Assembly (NCBI GenBank): GCA_000934665.2
Contig: JYFJ02003100.1
Coordinates: forward strand, 1 to 46,542
Direction of reading: 5' to 3'
DNA length: 46,542 nucleotides
DNA from: Catajapyx aquilonaris
Taxonomy: Eukaryota
The notes below the pieces were generated by a model. That model was given only the letters and a program-made list of their open reading frames with translations. It had not been told where the DNA came from and made no database searches. The position numbers and the translations under genes are program-made. Below, one piece after another: positions 11,601 to 24,960 of the stretch. Each line of letters starts with the position of its first letter. The stretch's first letter is position 1.

Positions 11601-14600
11601 TTTAGCAATTTTTGAAGCAAAGTGAGATTTAATGTAGGATGAAACAGGTAAACACGGGCCGAGGTTTGCCTTTATTACAACGCAGGCGCAGTTGGCAAGA
11701 ACTGTACATATACTGGCAGTCTACCTGGGCCTCTTGGGGAAATGCCAGACTTGGCAACAAACCTGAGGTTTTGATCCTCTGAGGATCCCAGCACCAGCCT
11801 GAGAGCTTAATAAGAATCTAAGACCTATTTTACATGGGCTTCCTCCTATGCCTAGAATTTTTGAGGGAGACTCTACAAGGTGCATATACAAGCTGAATCA
11901 TCAACACTCTGCTGTGACCAGGACCAATATAATTATGGAACATTAGGTTCTTTCTAGTTTGAATTTTACATGTCACAAAATGTATTAAGTTCGTTAAGCT
12001 GCCTCTTTGGCTCTTTTATAGCCTTTAATCCAATTGAGCACTTAGGAAGTGCACTGCAGAGGTTTCGAGGCAAATTGGCCACTTGTGGAAATCCGATGGT
12101 TTTTATGCACTCTGTCGCCCATATTCTTGATCAATATGTTGAAGCGTTATGAATATTTCAAGTACAACGCTGTTCTAGAGATTTTGAATTTTAAAGTGCA
12201 AAATTATAAAACCCGCTATTGAATAGTAACGATTGGCGCTTGCCTCGGCTAGTCTTTCGTGCCGTATGGTAAAGAAACCATCAAGTCATGTGCCTCAGAA
12301 AAGCGTCAATTTCTACACTGATATTAGACTCCTTATGGAAAAATGGTCGTGCCTGATAGTGGCCACTCTGATGCCAATATATAGGCTACGGGACACAATG
12401 GATCGCGTTTTAGCCATGCGACGATAAACTCTGACATCGGATGTATGCACTTTGCATGTCTGGAATGTCCTGGCTGCGATGTACACTTTAGTCCACTTTT
12501 TCCCTCCGCCAAAAGGTCAATTGACGCATTATCGACGAGGACGGGTCGAAATCGAGTTGCATGCTCCTGGATACCGTTGTAAAACATTTCTTTCTAATTA
12601 TCGGTGGCCCTTTCCCGACTATACCCATCATGCCCATTGGCTACTATTTGCAGTTGTACAGTATACACACTATAGGCTAAGAGCCTCGTTTGTCCGACCC
12701 TCTGCATTGAATTCGAGCTATTGAGTGCTGCACTGCCCAATTGGTTTCTGGGGCACACATCTTTCTTCCCAATTAGGCTACTGCAAAACGCACTACAGAA
12801 TATTATCAATTTCCAGTGGCGTATTTTATATTTCACGCGCCTCAGTAGCAAGCAAACGAAGCGAGGCAAGGCACGTCATTCCCTGTCGTACCTCTCGAGA
12901 TTAATTTTTTTTAAAAAAACAAAAAAGTAACACCCCGCAGGTATAACCTACGCTATAGTGACATGCAGGAGTCGATTTATCATAGCTGTCCGGAAAGTAA
13001 AGTCAATAAGAGGAAACTTGTCGGGAAAGTTCGTATAGTCACTTCCCATCGCCAGCTTCCCGTCCTCTCCACCGGTACACCCGCCCTATACTCTGTGCCT
13101 GTCTGCCACAACGCAATTAAAGCCTGTTTTCGTCTCTCGTTCTCTAGGCCCTAATTGAATCACGGGATTCCTGCTATATCCACCTGCATTTGGTGCCGGC
13201 GCCCGGATTCAAGGCAATGGACTGGAGCCAATTTGGGATTTTAGTTTCAATGGCGCAGCTTCCACCCCGCACATTGCGCTGTAGTTATGCCAAGGGGGAG
13301 TGAGAGAAAGGGCAAAGTTATTGCAAAAACTGGGGGCTCGAGATTAATAATGGGAAGTTTGGTGGTATGGCTGCTCATGTGCGGAACGTTCTAAATTAAA
13401 GGATGGTTTGGGGAGATTATGGCGTTTTGCGTGGTGCCTTGTCTGTGAGATCACAACGCATATTCTGGCTGCGGGAGTAACTTGCGTGTGTAATATAAAA
13501 CTGTTGTGGTATCGTCAGGTGTAATAGTTAGCGACAGAGGAAACCAGTGTCATTAGGAGGACTAGGTTGTAAACTAATGCTCTTTCGGGTTAAAGCTATA
13601 CAAGCTGTGTCTCACAATAAGTATAACGAGGTGTCGCCCTATAAAACCTGCGTGAACCCAAAATGACTGTCTGCATCATACGAATTTACCGTAGAAGCTT
13701 GTCTCTCCATCTGGCGTATGGCAATTGCCCTTTGTGCAGTGTACGTGTGATATGTCAATCGTTGTGGCCAAACAACGGGGTTGTCCTAGGGAATTTAAGC
13801 CTATTTATAGGAGAAGTATTGACAACCGGAAACCTTACGTGTTCTCAGGACAGGACGATGTGTAAACATTGTGTTGCGAAGCTGTGTTGGCGTATGGGCC
13901 TGTAATTTTTGTGCCATTATAGGGCTTGGCCCACCCATATTTTCTGTATCATTTGGATGTAAGTTATTTAGGCCGGTTGTAAACCCGTACTGGTATAGCT
14001 TGTTTGCGTTGTCTGATTTGTGATATATATTACATTACGTTTAACATTGTGGTAACGACATCATTAATATAGTAACTACTCATATTTTTTCACGCTGTGG
14101 ATTAATTTGTTAGAAGTATATAACATTCAGAGAGGTCTTTTCTTCTTCTTCTTGCACTTCAATCGTAGAATGTATAGTGCAGGCAGACTCGTCAAGCTTT
14201 TTACCTTGACGCATAATGTAAGGAATATTAATATAGTTGAAGTTAGTTATGTTTTTATTAACGTGTTCTAGGTATAGGAAGATTTAAGGAATGGACTATA
14301 TGTATTGTTTTTACTACAAACTTGTTTTCAATAATTATGAAGGTATACACACAAAAGTAGTGTGTCTAACGCGCATTGACTCTTTCCCGTTGTGTCATCT
14401 GTTGCATGCTGCATTTTTGTTAAAGCGGAATAATGTATACTATATCGCTTAATGGAATTATTCTGAAGATGTGTTTACGAACTGTTGTCACCAGGGATTG
14501 TACAACTATGTCGGAAAATGCAAGACACTCCGGGTTGAGACATACCTTGGAATGTTCAAATATGAATAGGAAGTTCTATTGACGTCATAGCCTTTAACAT

Positions 14601-15795
14601 TTCAACGGCTTCTTATACATGCTCGGTGATGGGACGCGGAGCCGCGCGCAATGAAACCAATAAATCTATTAACAATGAATGAATAAGCAAACCACAAAAT
14701 ATGCATGAGCAGTATACTCGTATTTTGAAGTATGCTCCAACTCTCACCAAACAGGTTGTTTCGCATATAATTGATTCAGACGAACTTATAGAGTGAATTC
14801 CGGGACACCTTAATACTGGAAGTGTCATAATTTTGGTGTCTGAATATTCGTTACATGTAGACAACGGACTTCCAATATAAGATATAAAATATGCTGGCAG
14901 ATAGGCCTACAGTATGTATAGTTGCCCGAGGGTACAGGCCTGAATATGAGCGACCGTGCATGTAAAGAGAAGGATTTACTATGCAAGTTTAATTAAAACT
15001 GCGACATCAGTAGGTTTAGTAGGCAGCTGCCGAAGCGATGGCAGTGCCGTAGATTCATCTGAACTGCATATGGCATATGAGCTAACCTCATTCATCAGCC
15101 ATGCTAATTTTATCTTAGATACGAGTCTGCGGATATTCCAAGTGACACCTCTATACCCGCCTCTACCTCTCTGCATTAGTGATCCTCTGATGGTGCTCAA
15201 TAGAGTTCATCCCTTTAGTTTGTCTGAAATATTTTGAGGCGCTCTGCAGAAATGGTAATATATTATACAGTATGAATGTATATAAGTCGTAAGAATAAGA
15301 ATGCCAAATTCACAATTTATTCGACAACGACGACTTTAGTTTCCCAAACCAGAAGTACGTGATGTGTGCCTGTTAACCGAAGTGTTTTAATCTAAGGATC
15401 GCGATTAAAGTTTCCGTGTGGGTAAAGCTGCTATGCAAACCCAGGAATTAAGCTAATAAAACACATCCATCCTCCCTTGGCAATTCCATGCTTCTGTTTA
15501 CATGGGAGGAATATTGGACCGGTTTTAAAAGTTTTAACCCGAGTTTGGAATAATTATGACAAAAACCATTGTGCGTGAATATGGCCATAGTGATATTACT
15601 TTCGTGCTGTTTTATACTGCAGTTCCACTCGATATTAATTTTGCAGTGTCGTTTGATAAAGAGTATGTACGTTATTAATGAAATACTAAATAAAGAAAAT
15701 AAACAGCTTCATTATACTATGCTGTGGACAATATGCTATGAAAACAAATCTATTCTTCCGATTAATTTGTGTGGAACACTCCCGTACTGAATAAT

Positions 15796-15842
<47 letters not shown>
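15796..15842 (+). repeat. (GA)n microsatellite
   Basis: Direct reading; one interruption. Confidence 0.95.
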
Positions 15843-15844
<2 letters not shown>

Positions 15845-18800
15845 AATTATAATGGTCAAATAATTGCGAAACGGCTGCTTATGATGTATCAGTGGAATGT
15901 ACAGTACTGTATGAATTTATTCCCGATTCAAGTAATTAGATCAATAAGGATTCCGGATGGTGGACCAATCATGGGGTCCTCATTCCAGGCATTGTTTAAA
16001 CGCCACTCCAAGGCCCTATTTAAACAGTTGCAATCCATCATGACAATATTCGCTCGTGCAATTTAAAAGAGACCACAGAGTCACGTCCTAGATATTGTAC
16101 CATTGCTTCTTTAGTTCCTCAGTTTCCTATACAATGGTTGCCAATCAGTCAGCTGCAATTTGCTAACAATTGAGTATATGTTGCATCTAGACATTTCGTT
16201 GGAAAAAAATGAAAACTTAATTCCCTAATTTTTGGCTTTATTTTTTATAATTGTGAAACTTTTTTGGTGCATTGATGTGGAAAATGAACGCGATGAAAAT
16301 TACAAATGGCGAAAGAGTTCGTTACCGCGATGATTCTTTCAAATCAATGCAGCATGTGAAATGATTGACCATTGACCTGTAAAGGTTGACCTTCATAGAA
16401 AAGACCGCCGTAGACAAGAGTTTTAAGAAAATTGAAAGTTGTTTCCAACTCTACAAGAAGAGGAAACTTTCCGCCACGAAAGGATCCACACTTGGTCGTT
16501 AGGAGGTTTAAGGAGGCGGTACACTGGTGTTTAATCCAATGTAATTCTCATTTCGGGCCAATGTTTTCATAAGTTCATTTGTGGGAATGCATACCAATAC
16601 GAGTAATAATTTCGTGTGATAATCATTCAATCGCCTTTATATTTAGGGAGGCTGCTTGCGTATATATACCAAAATCCGGATGAATTCCAGCGTTTGCAGA
16701 TTGTACGAGTAGTTATAAAATGATCCTTTTTAAAAACTCTAGACAGATGATATAGTATAAGGACTATAGAGCCGGGGGGAAACGCAGGTTGCGAGGTAAA
16801 AATATCCCGTGTAGAAGGTATGGGCGTGACGTCAACACTCAGCAGTACCGTCAGGGAGCCAGTCACAAAGTGAACGGGTGTTCGGAAATTCAGGCGAGAC
16901 TTGTCATGTTGTGGCTTCATGTTTAGCTGACGGAGGGTTGAAATCCATGCTTCTGAAAAAGAGCGACTGTCATACTAAATGTCGGCCTCCATTCGTTCAG
17001 GTGAAGATTGCAGGACACAATGAAATTTAAAAATGCGACCATTTTAATGTGCTGTCCGGTCCATGAGAATTTGATCAGATAAGCGTTTGAGAACGAATGG
17101 CGAGACTGGCGTGAGGAAATAAATAGTTATTATCGGAATATTGGCTTGCTGTTTGTTTCTGCCACCGTTTTTTTTCTGTGTAACGTCAGTTTCGCGTGCT
17201 CTTTTTCCCAATAATCAGTGGCCCAATAACGACATCGACCAATGGATCGATCCTCAACCACCTATAGCAGTACATACCTTTTTTGGTCCATTTTCTCTTC
17301 AAAAAAATATGGCCTAAATACACTTTAAAAGCTGTGAAATGTTGTGGTTATTTGAGTTTCATGCCGAATGCAATGTGCACTTTTGTGCAGTCATCCTTGT
17401 TGACCGATGTCGAAGGCCATACCTGTTTGTGGTGTTTTCTTCAGGAGCATCTGCACCTCTCTCGTGCTCTCAGCACTTCTCCCGGCACAACCCTCGAGAG
17501 ATTTCCCCATCGCAGCCGTATCTCTCGCTTAACCCATTTTGGAGGAGCCGGGATGCTGGCTCAGTGCAAAGTTTCCGGGGGCCCCCAGGACGTATCTTGC
17601 CTGTTGTTGTGGTGGGAATGGAGGACGTGAGTGATAGACGGGCATCAGGCTTTTCCCATTTTGGCCGGCAGATAATTTGCGTGGGTTGGATGGGAGGCCC
17701 CTCCCGCCTCACTCCGGCTCACAAAGAGTGCAAATTGGGGATCCGGGAAAAGCTGGATTTGCATCCATATAGCGATGGCCAGGACGACTCTGTCCTGATA
17801 TGCTGGGCGCACATCACGAACAGCAGCGGCAGGCACAGGGTGAAGCAGAGGGTTATTTGGAGTCGTGTCTGCGGGATGCGATGTCACTCATCTCTAATCG
17901 CCTGCATGGACTGTCCACCAGTGCTATACAGTTATGTGCTTCCACGAAATGAAAACATTGTAACTGAAATAATTTTCAGAAAATTTGCATTATGGAAAGA
18001 ATTTGTAATTAATTAATTCGGGTGATTTTTTTAAAAAAATAATTGAATTGGCCAATATAACCAGGACTCAAATCCAATGTGATAGATTTGCAGGTCCAAA
18101 ATAACAATGATTTACATGCTGCAGTCGGAATCATAAATACAGTACTTCTTATTTCCGGGGATATGCATCAATAAGAGTGATCTAGGTTGCATTGGGGCAG
18201 ATGGTAATTTTATGATAATACCAATTGTGAATTCATGTAACGGAAATTTTCTTTCGTGATACAACCGTAGTTTTAACTCCTAAAGGAATTATTGTTTTGC
18301 ACCCCTGCCATTGTTATATTGGGCGTGACATCGGCCCTTGATCGTTTCTTGAACGAACAACGTTATAGGTGTTTATTTACGGAAACCGTCGCGTCGGTAG
18401 AACCGTATATAAAACACGTCACTTCAGTTTTGTAAACTGTACGCTTGAATTCTACTTTAATTGGGAAGGTTATGGTAGCGTATGTTTAAGATCGCTGGGA
18501 CAAAAGTGAACGACTATAATAATGTTCTTATCGGCATATACTGTACTATAGGACAAAATTCTAGCGCGGGAACGGAAGTGTCGCAGAGATGTACTGCACT
18601 GTACACCGTCAAGACTCAAGGACAACCGCGCCTGTTATCGATATACGCACACATCTAAGCACTTTGGTTACATTATTCTCTGTGATGTATGTGAACTGAT
18701 GTGTACGATACTGCATTCTGTTATTTGTAAAACTGTAGTAAAATCGTATGTCGTCGAGTAAGAGATACCGCCTCACTTCGAATATCAGTCGCACTTTTTG

Positions 18801-21800
18801 CTTTAGCATTATACAGTATGTATTTTGTAATTCTCGCGACAAATATGTATTGATGACTTCACTGTAGAGTGTAGTGGTTTAACAAAAGGCTCTTTTAATA
18901 GTGCACGCATTACTTTTGTGAAAACTCGTTTGAAGTGCGCATAAATGCACCCATGCAATTTCATACAATGATAATGTATACACATGGCTCAATCACGGTC
19001 ACTAAACTGATTGTACCTTGCCCACACAACAGCATTTCATACTGTTATTATGTTAACATCATACATGTAGTAACGTACAGTTACAAGTGACCTTTTGTTC
19101 AACCCCCCTGTATCATGGGCGGTGCCCTTTTTCCTCGTCCTGTAACGTAGTGAAAATGTACTTTGTGTTCTTTAAATAAGGCATGAGCTCAGGGCGTTTC
19201 CAGACGAGAATCGCCCAATATTTGTCCTAAATAAGGCTCAAAATGATGCAAGTGTAACTAGCTTATGGGACAATTAGGTTCTAATCTGACTTTTGAGAGG
19301 AGGAAAATGGAAGAGGTGACAAAGGACTTGCTTGGCTTTTGATTGAAGTGACTTTGTCCGGGGATGGGTGGGCTGGTTGGGGGTGAGAATATAGACTTTC
19401 CCCGGTCCACCTCCACCTCCCCCCCCCNCCCCCCCCCCCCCCCCCCCCCACTTCCACTCATTTCCGGACTTTGCTCCAAAAGCGTCGCTCCGGCTCCGCT
19501 TGCACTTCCGACCCAATTATTTCCAAGCGCTGGGTTGGTTGGGAAGGGCTCATAATGGGAATCCTACCATCCACTTCTCCCCCCAACTCTATAGAGAACA
19601 GCAGAGTGTGTTTGGCGATCAAGCTCCCCGTCACTTAACCATTTCCTTCGTTGTGATCAACAAGAGCTCTGCCATATTTGCTGGTGCCAAACGTGGTTTT
19701 TTTTTTAAAGGCCAAAATTGGTCAACATTGGTGGAAATGGCGGGCATTGTGGGTGTATTGAAGTGCGTATAGAGGACATGAAAAGGCACTCGTTGGGAGT
19801 GAATGCACTACATTTTTAGCCGGTCTCTCAATGGCACATAAATGAGTAGAAATGGGGTCGAAATGAGGCGTTCGGAGCAATAGAGGGTGATGAATGAGTG
19901 TGCTGGGGTATCTTGTGAAACTCATGTCTGGGCCTAATGGTGAATAATTTTGTGTGTACAGTCAGGGTACATTTGAATTCAAGTCGTGATGAAACAACGG
20001 GGGGGGGTAATATTTGCTGGTTGTGAAGAGAACTGCGTGCGTTAATGACTGAGTATTCCTGCACTAATGATTATTAGTCCACAGTTCTCTAGTGCAGTCA
20101 GAGCTCTGTAGTGTAGCGCATGAGAGTCTCCTCAAAACGAGGGTCTCTTGTGCTGCGCTCTCAGTAATTAGCCAATTGGAAAGCCCTAATGACATCACTT
20201 TGTTCCCGTTGTTATTGTAACGTCGTTAGCAATGACGGCAATGGTGATGTGACTGATCTAATTTGGAACTTTAAAAATCAGAGTTAGCTGCCATCCTGTA
20301 ACACTTGGTACAGCAAGTGCCAGTTCTCTGAGAAAGTTTCTGGGAAAAACCGGTCTTCTTTTCAACTTCTATTCATTTCTCACTCTCTTGTGGTATTTAT
20401 CTCATGCAAAGTTTCAGAGGAAAACAGTTGCTAGTTTCGTGTGGCATGTTATATAGTTGCTCGCGAGTTTCTCACCAGCCTGAGTCTCGAGCTGAAAGAT
20501 GCTCCTTCCTACAGCATCTTTCACGCCAGCATGATCATGCGGTGAAATTGATTGGAAAAAGGGCTTGGAGCAAGTTGTAAATGAGGTTGGAACCCTCAGC
20601 ATGATGTGGGAATATCTGGAATATCTGGGAATATCTGGAAGATGCATTGATATAGGTAAATGGGGTATCCTGGGCTTCGGTTTCTAATTGAGCAAGGCAT
20701 GACCGTGTCTTCGATACTTATTAATTTTCGTCATGTAGATAAAGCAAGCATAATAAATAAGAATTTGGTAGCAAAGTCACCTGCATTGGAGCCTTATATC
20801 CAAAGTACGTATAAGGTTCCTTCTAAAGCAGTTCAAATATAAGCTATCCGGTGAGTGCATACTGTAGTTCATCATTATAATGCATACCTTATTATACTGT
20901 GTGAGTTGATTCTGTCTCTCCTTCGTGACGAGAATGCCAGAGGATCTCCTCTGAATTAAGAAGTTACTCGTCTTCCTCGAATTTGTAGGCAGGTTATCGT
21001 AGGCACGGCAGAGACTATACTGTATATATGCATGTGGGTTGAAACTTTCCATATACTGTGCTGTGCATGTTTCTCCAGAGCAAACAGAATCCCTTTTGTG
21101 AGGAAAGACGGAAAGCTGGGAGGGAATATTCGAGAACATGAGTGGCTAACCAACATAATTGTTTGTGCCATTTACGCGTACATAGAAATGTAACAAAAAA
21201 TGTGTATTGCATTTGGGAGGCGTAAATGTGGAGTATTTTGTTCTTGGGATAATTCGAGTAGTAGTTCGAAAATGGAACATGTGGGCAGAATTAACAGCTG
21301 CAGTGACTCGCATATATACACCCTGCTTTGCTGATGTTATGACTTACCAGCTTACTTGATGAACGCATAGTATGGCATTTTCGGGAGATAAATTAAATGC
21401 TTCGCGAAGCTGACATAATCTCTGGGCAGTTGCGAATGTAGCTGTGGCGTTGCCCACAAATGTCACTTTTAATATGTGCATTTCCAGCCTATGAATTGTT
21501 ACACTCGGGACAGAATTCTTGTCAGCTGCCGACATCATTCATCACTCACTGGGATGGCAGCCCAGACTAATACATCTATAGATGAAAGCACTGCCCTTTT
21601 TTATTATTTTCCAAGGGACAAGCTACAATTTCCACAATAAATCTCCGGAGCCCGGCTATATCCCCCTTGACCAAGAGTATTATGAGCACAAATTGATTTC
21701 TTCGCATTCAGGAAATTCCACCTCTTTTTCCAAGTTTTTTCTCCATCTCCCAACAGGGGCTTCTCGTTTCAAAACATCAACATCCATACTGATGGCTTCC

Positions 21801-24800
21801 CCCAACTTTACAGAAATGGGTTGTGCTATCCGCCAAATATTATTGCCGACACTTTGAGTGCTATTACCTCCATCACATTCATCATACGTGAAAAATGAGG
21901 GCCGAATTTGCATATTTCTGCCTATGCCCAGCACCGCACTATTTTGCGAGCCAATTTAAGGTTCAATAACATCGGTATGCATATTGGGAGAAAGCTTATG
22001 AAATACGTGGGATGTATCAGCCAACTGTAAAGTGATTGGGTAATGAGACGAGTGAAGTTCTCTCGTTGCCTGGTTACGGAGACGTTGGCCTGGCAAAGCA
22101 GCAGTAGAAGTCAGACTTGAAAGTGACCATGGGCGTGAAAAGAAGGGGTCAGTGGGAAGCGGAAGAGAATCTTGCTGAATTGGCACGGAAGCCGCAAAAA
22201 AAAAGTGGAAGCGCCTTTTCTTCCCTTTTTTTTTGCGGCACCCTTCCCGAAAATCCCAATCCGCCCTGATGGCCACCCCCACCGCACCCAATCAGCTTCC
22301 TCATCCCTACCCTCCACTTCCAGTGCTGATCAATACAGCATCCTTCCTACCCCTGCTCTTTCCCCCCATTCCTTTTTTTTCTTATATTCCTCTATTCCTT
22401 ACCTGAAACATCCCTTCAATCCCACGGGTACACGCCTTGCCATCTCCCATTGCCAACTTCATCCCTCCAAACTTTCCCTCCCGCTGCGCTTTATTCCCTA
22501 TTTTTTTTTCTCCAAAAAAACGGGGAGGACGGGAAGAGGACTCGATCACACCAGAATAGCTCTCAGATATAAAACTTCTTACTGGGAATCCGTTTTGCAT
22601 CAAAACTTCTCAAATACAAGAGTTTTCTAAGAGGAAGTGGAGCAGACTGTTTGAAGGCTCTTGCTTCGGGGGAGATATGACAAGGGTTAGTTATAGAAAG
22701 GAGATTGACAGGTTGTGATAGAAACATGAAGCCGGACATTGGTATATGCAGTTAGTGACCCATACAGAGGTTGTTCGCCCTATTAAAGAGCTGTACACTC
22801 GGAACTTCCGAAAGTTGGGCAGTTTGATGAAACAGTTTGTAGTCGTGATTGCAGGTGTTGGATGCCTGTCGATAATTAAAGAGAGGGAGTTAATGGGTGT
22901 TGTAGCCTGAGCGGTAGTGACAAGCTGTCCCCTACTGGCTTTGTACTCTGATTAGTCCGAGCAGATGAAGACCGATGAGGCTTGCAGGAGAAAGCACGAT
23001 AAAGGCTAATGATTGGTGAGGTGGATCATCGACCCTCTGTCATCAATCATGGTCGCCTTCAGACCTTATTAGGTCGACTAATCTTCATCGCGCCTGGGGA
23101 TGCCACTCGATTTATCGCCTCCCTTGCGACCCAGTTTGTCGATTTTCATCGCGGTTCAATTCTTTATGGACCCCCTCCTGAAGACAATTGGGGACGATCA
23201 AGCGAATGTTTGCCTAAGGAAACACACTTGATGCTGCCCCCACAAATCTCCGGATGACTAAAATTCAATATCGCACAAATGGGACCTAATGGCCCGCAGA
23301 TGCTACCAATTCTTCTTGCTCTGATGATCTATACATTTTATACGAAGAAGTTGCCTCGCCTGGTTGCAATTTGCACGTTCATGTGTTGCCATTTAGGCAC
23401 CCACTGTGCTGGGTTGGCATGGCGCCGTGTCTAGATAGTGTAAGAGTAATACCGACTGTAAGCGGTGACAAGTCATGAATAACAAAGCGATGTTATTTGT
23501 ATATGTACGAAAGAGAGTTCGGGGTGGAAATCGCGTTGCAGCAGCAGGTCCGGAGAACAATACATTAAGTTACACAGCTGCTAGCTCCAGGAGAGCGAAT
23601 AATATTATTGTAGTGGAAACTTACGATTGCTCTAAAACGTAGGATTAGGCTGGCATTAATGCGATTTAACGGGGCTTAAAAATGATTGTGGTGCAAATTT
23701 AACCCGGTTAGCGGCGGTTTTCCAAGCGCGCAAATTAAGTTAGAGCCGAGTAAAATGCATAATGCCAGCCCCCAATTTTTAGCATGTAAGTTTCCCTGTT
23801 GTGAAAAGGGCTGTGGAGAATAATTTTTTTTCCCCCTCTAACTCGGTGTTCAGCTGGGGTGTTAGGGTTATTTGCTAATGCAGAAATTTGCTTGGAACAA
23901 GAGCCGCACAAAGTAGACAAGCTTGTCCAGGGGCATTGAAGGGTCGTGTGAACTATATGAGCGCATATTGCAAGGCTTTTTGAGACTAAGCCTGGCCTTT
24001 TTCATTTTGGCAGGGGTCTCTCATTTTATGCTTGTGAATAGAGGCGGGGGGTCAGGGAGTCTCTTTAAGTCTAGGAAGATTGCTAGAATACGTTTACCCA
24101 GGAACCGCGGGTTTCAATGTGTCATTTGAAGGCGAGAGTCAACAGGGGGCAAGGTAAACTTAATAGGAGAGGTTTCCTGGCTCAATCCCCCAATCGCAAT
24201 CTCTCAAGCAGAAGAAGAGTGATTACCTGGGACCACGACCAGCCGACCAGAAACCATCGTCGACTCTTCATTACAATCCAGATGCAGCAGCTTCCAGGTC
24301 AAGGGATAGATTGGTTTTCCTACTGCCAGTGCAGTAGGTGGTACTTGGTACTCTACGTGCGGTATGAGGTTTAAAAAAGAGGAGGAATATGGTGTACCAA
24401 AGGGACCCCCGTGGGTTGTAGAGTGGAGTTTTAAAATGTTTTCAAAAGTGTTATCAGAGCGTGACTAGTGGCTCTTTTCTGGTTGTTTCTGACAGTTTCT
24501 ATATGCGGCCGGGTTTTTGGATGTTCGTTGCCTTTTTAAATATACAGTGTGGTTCTAGTATGGCTTGCACTATCATTGGTTTGAATCGGCCTGTATAATT
24601 TAGATGACGTACGCGGACATCGTGCTATGACTCTCGTGTTTCGTCTTTTTTTTTTAAATAGTCATTTTAGATAGATTTGAGCACTTTCCATTGTCATTGG
24701 GAGCCCATGTGCGATGGAATACTTATACAATTCAGTCGATTCAAAACAGCCTCCAGTTTCACGCAATAATATCGCATAGTTTTGAAAAGGACCTTCGGAA

Positions 24801-24940
24801 GAATAATTGATGGTGGGGACCAGGGAGTGGAACCTTCTACGTAACGGGAATAGCTTTTCCTGCAGCCATACAAATAAAACTTCCAGTGTTGTTGGGCGGG
24901 ATCCGTTCGCGACCAGAAATATTATTATTTCATCTCAGTC

Positions 24941-24960
24941 CTCTCTCTCTCTCTCTCTCT
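24941..24960 (+). repeat. (CT)10 microsatellite
   Basis: Direct reading. Confidence 0.9.

Noticed and set aside
17339..18016. 225-aa ORF in the large intron
   Set aside because: Non-ATG start, no recognisable domain, noise-like composition, no supported exon structure.
18636..18643. DRE motif TATCGATA
   Set aside because: A single 8-mer in mid-intron is expected by chance, and no other promoter evidence is present.
19405..19450. Long C run (also G/C runs near 3890, 5350, 10830 and 11240) as G-quadruplex candidates
   Set aside because: Each contains N bases, so lengths are unreliable assembly calls.
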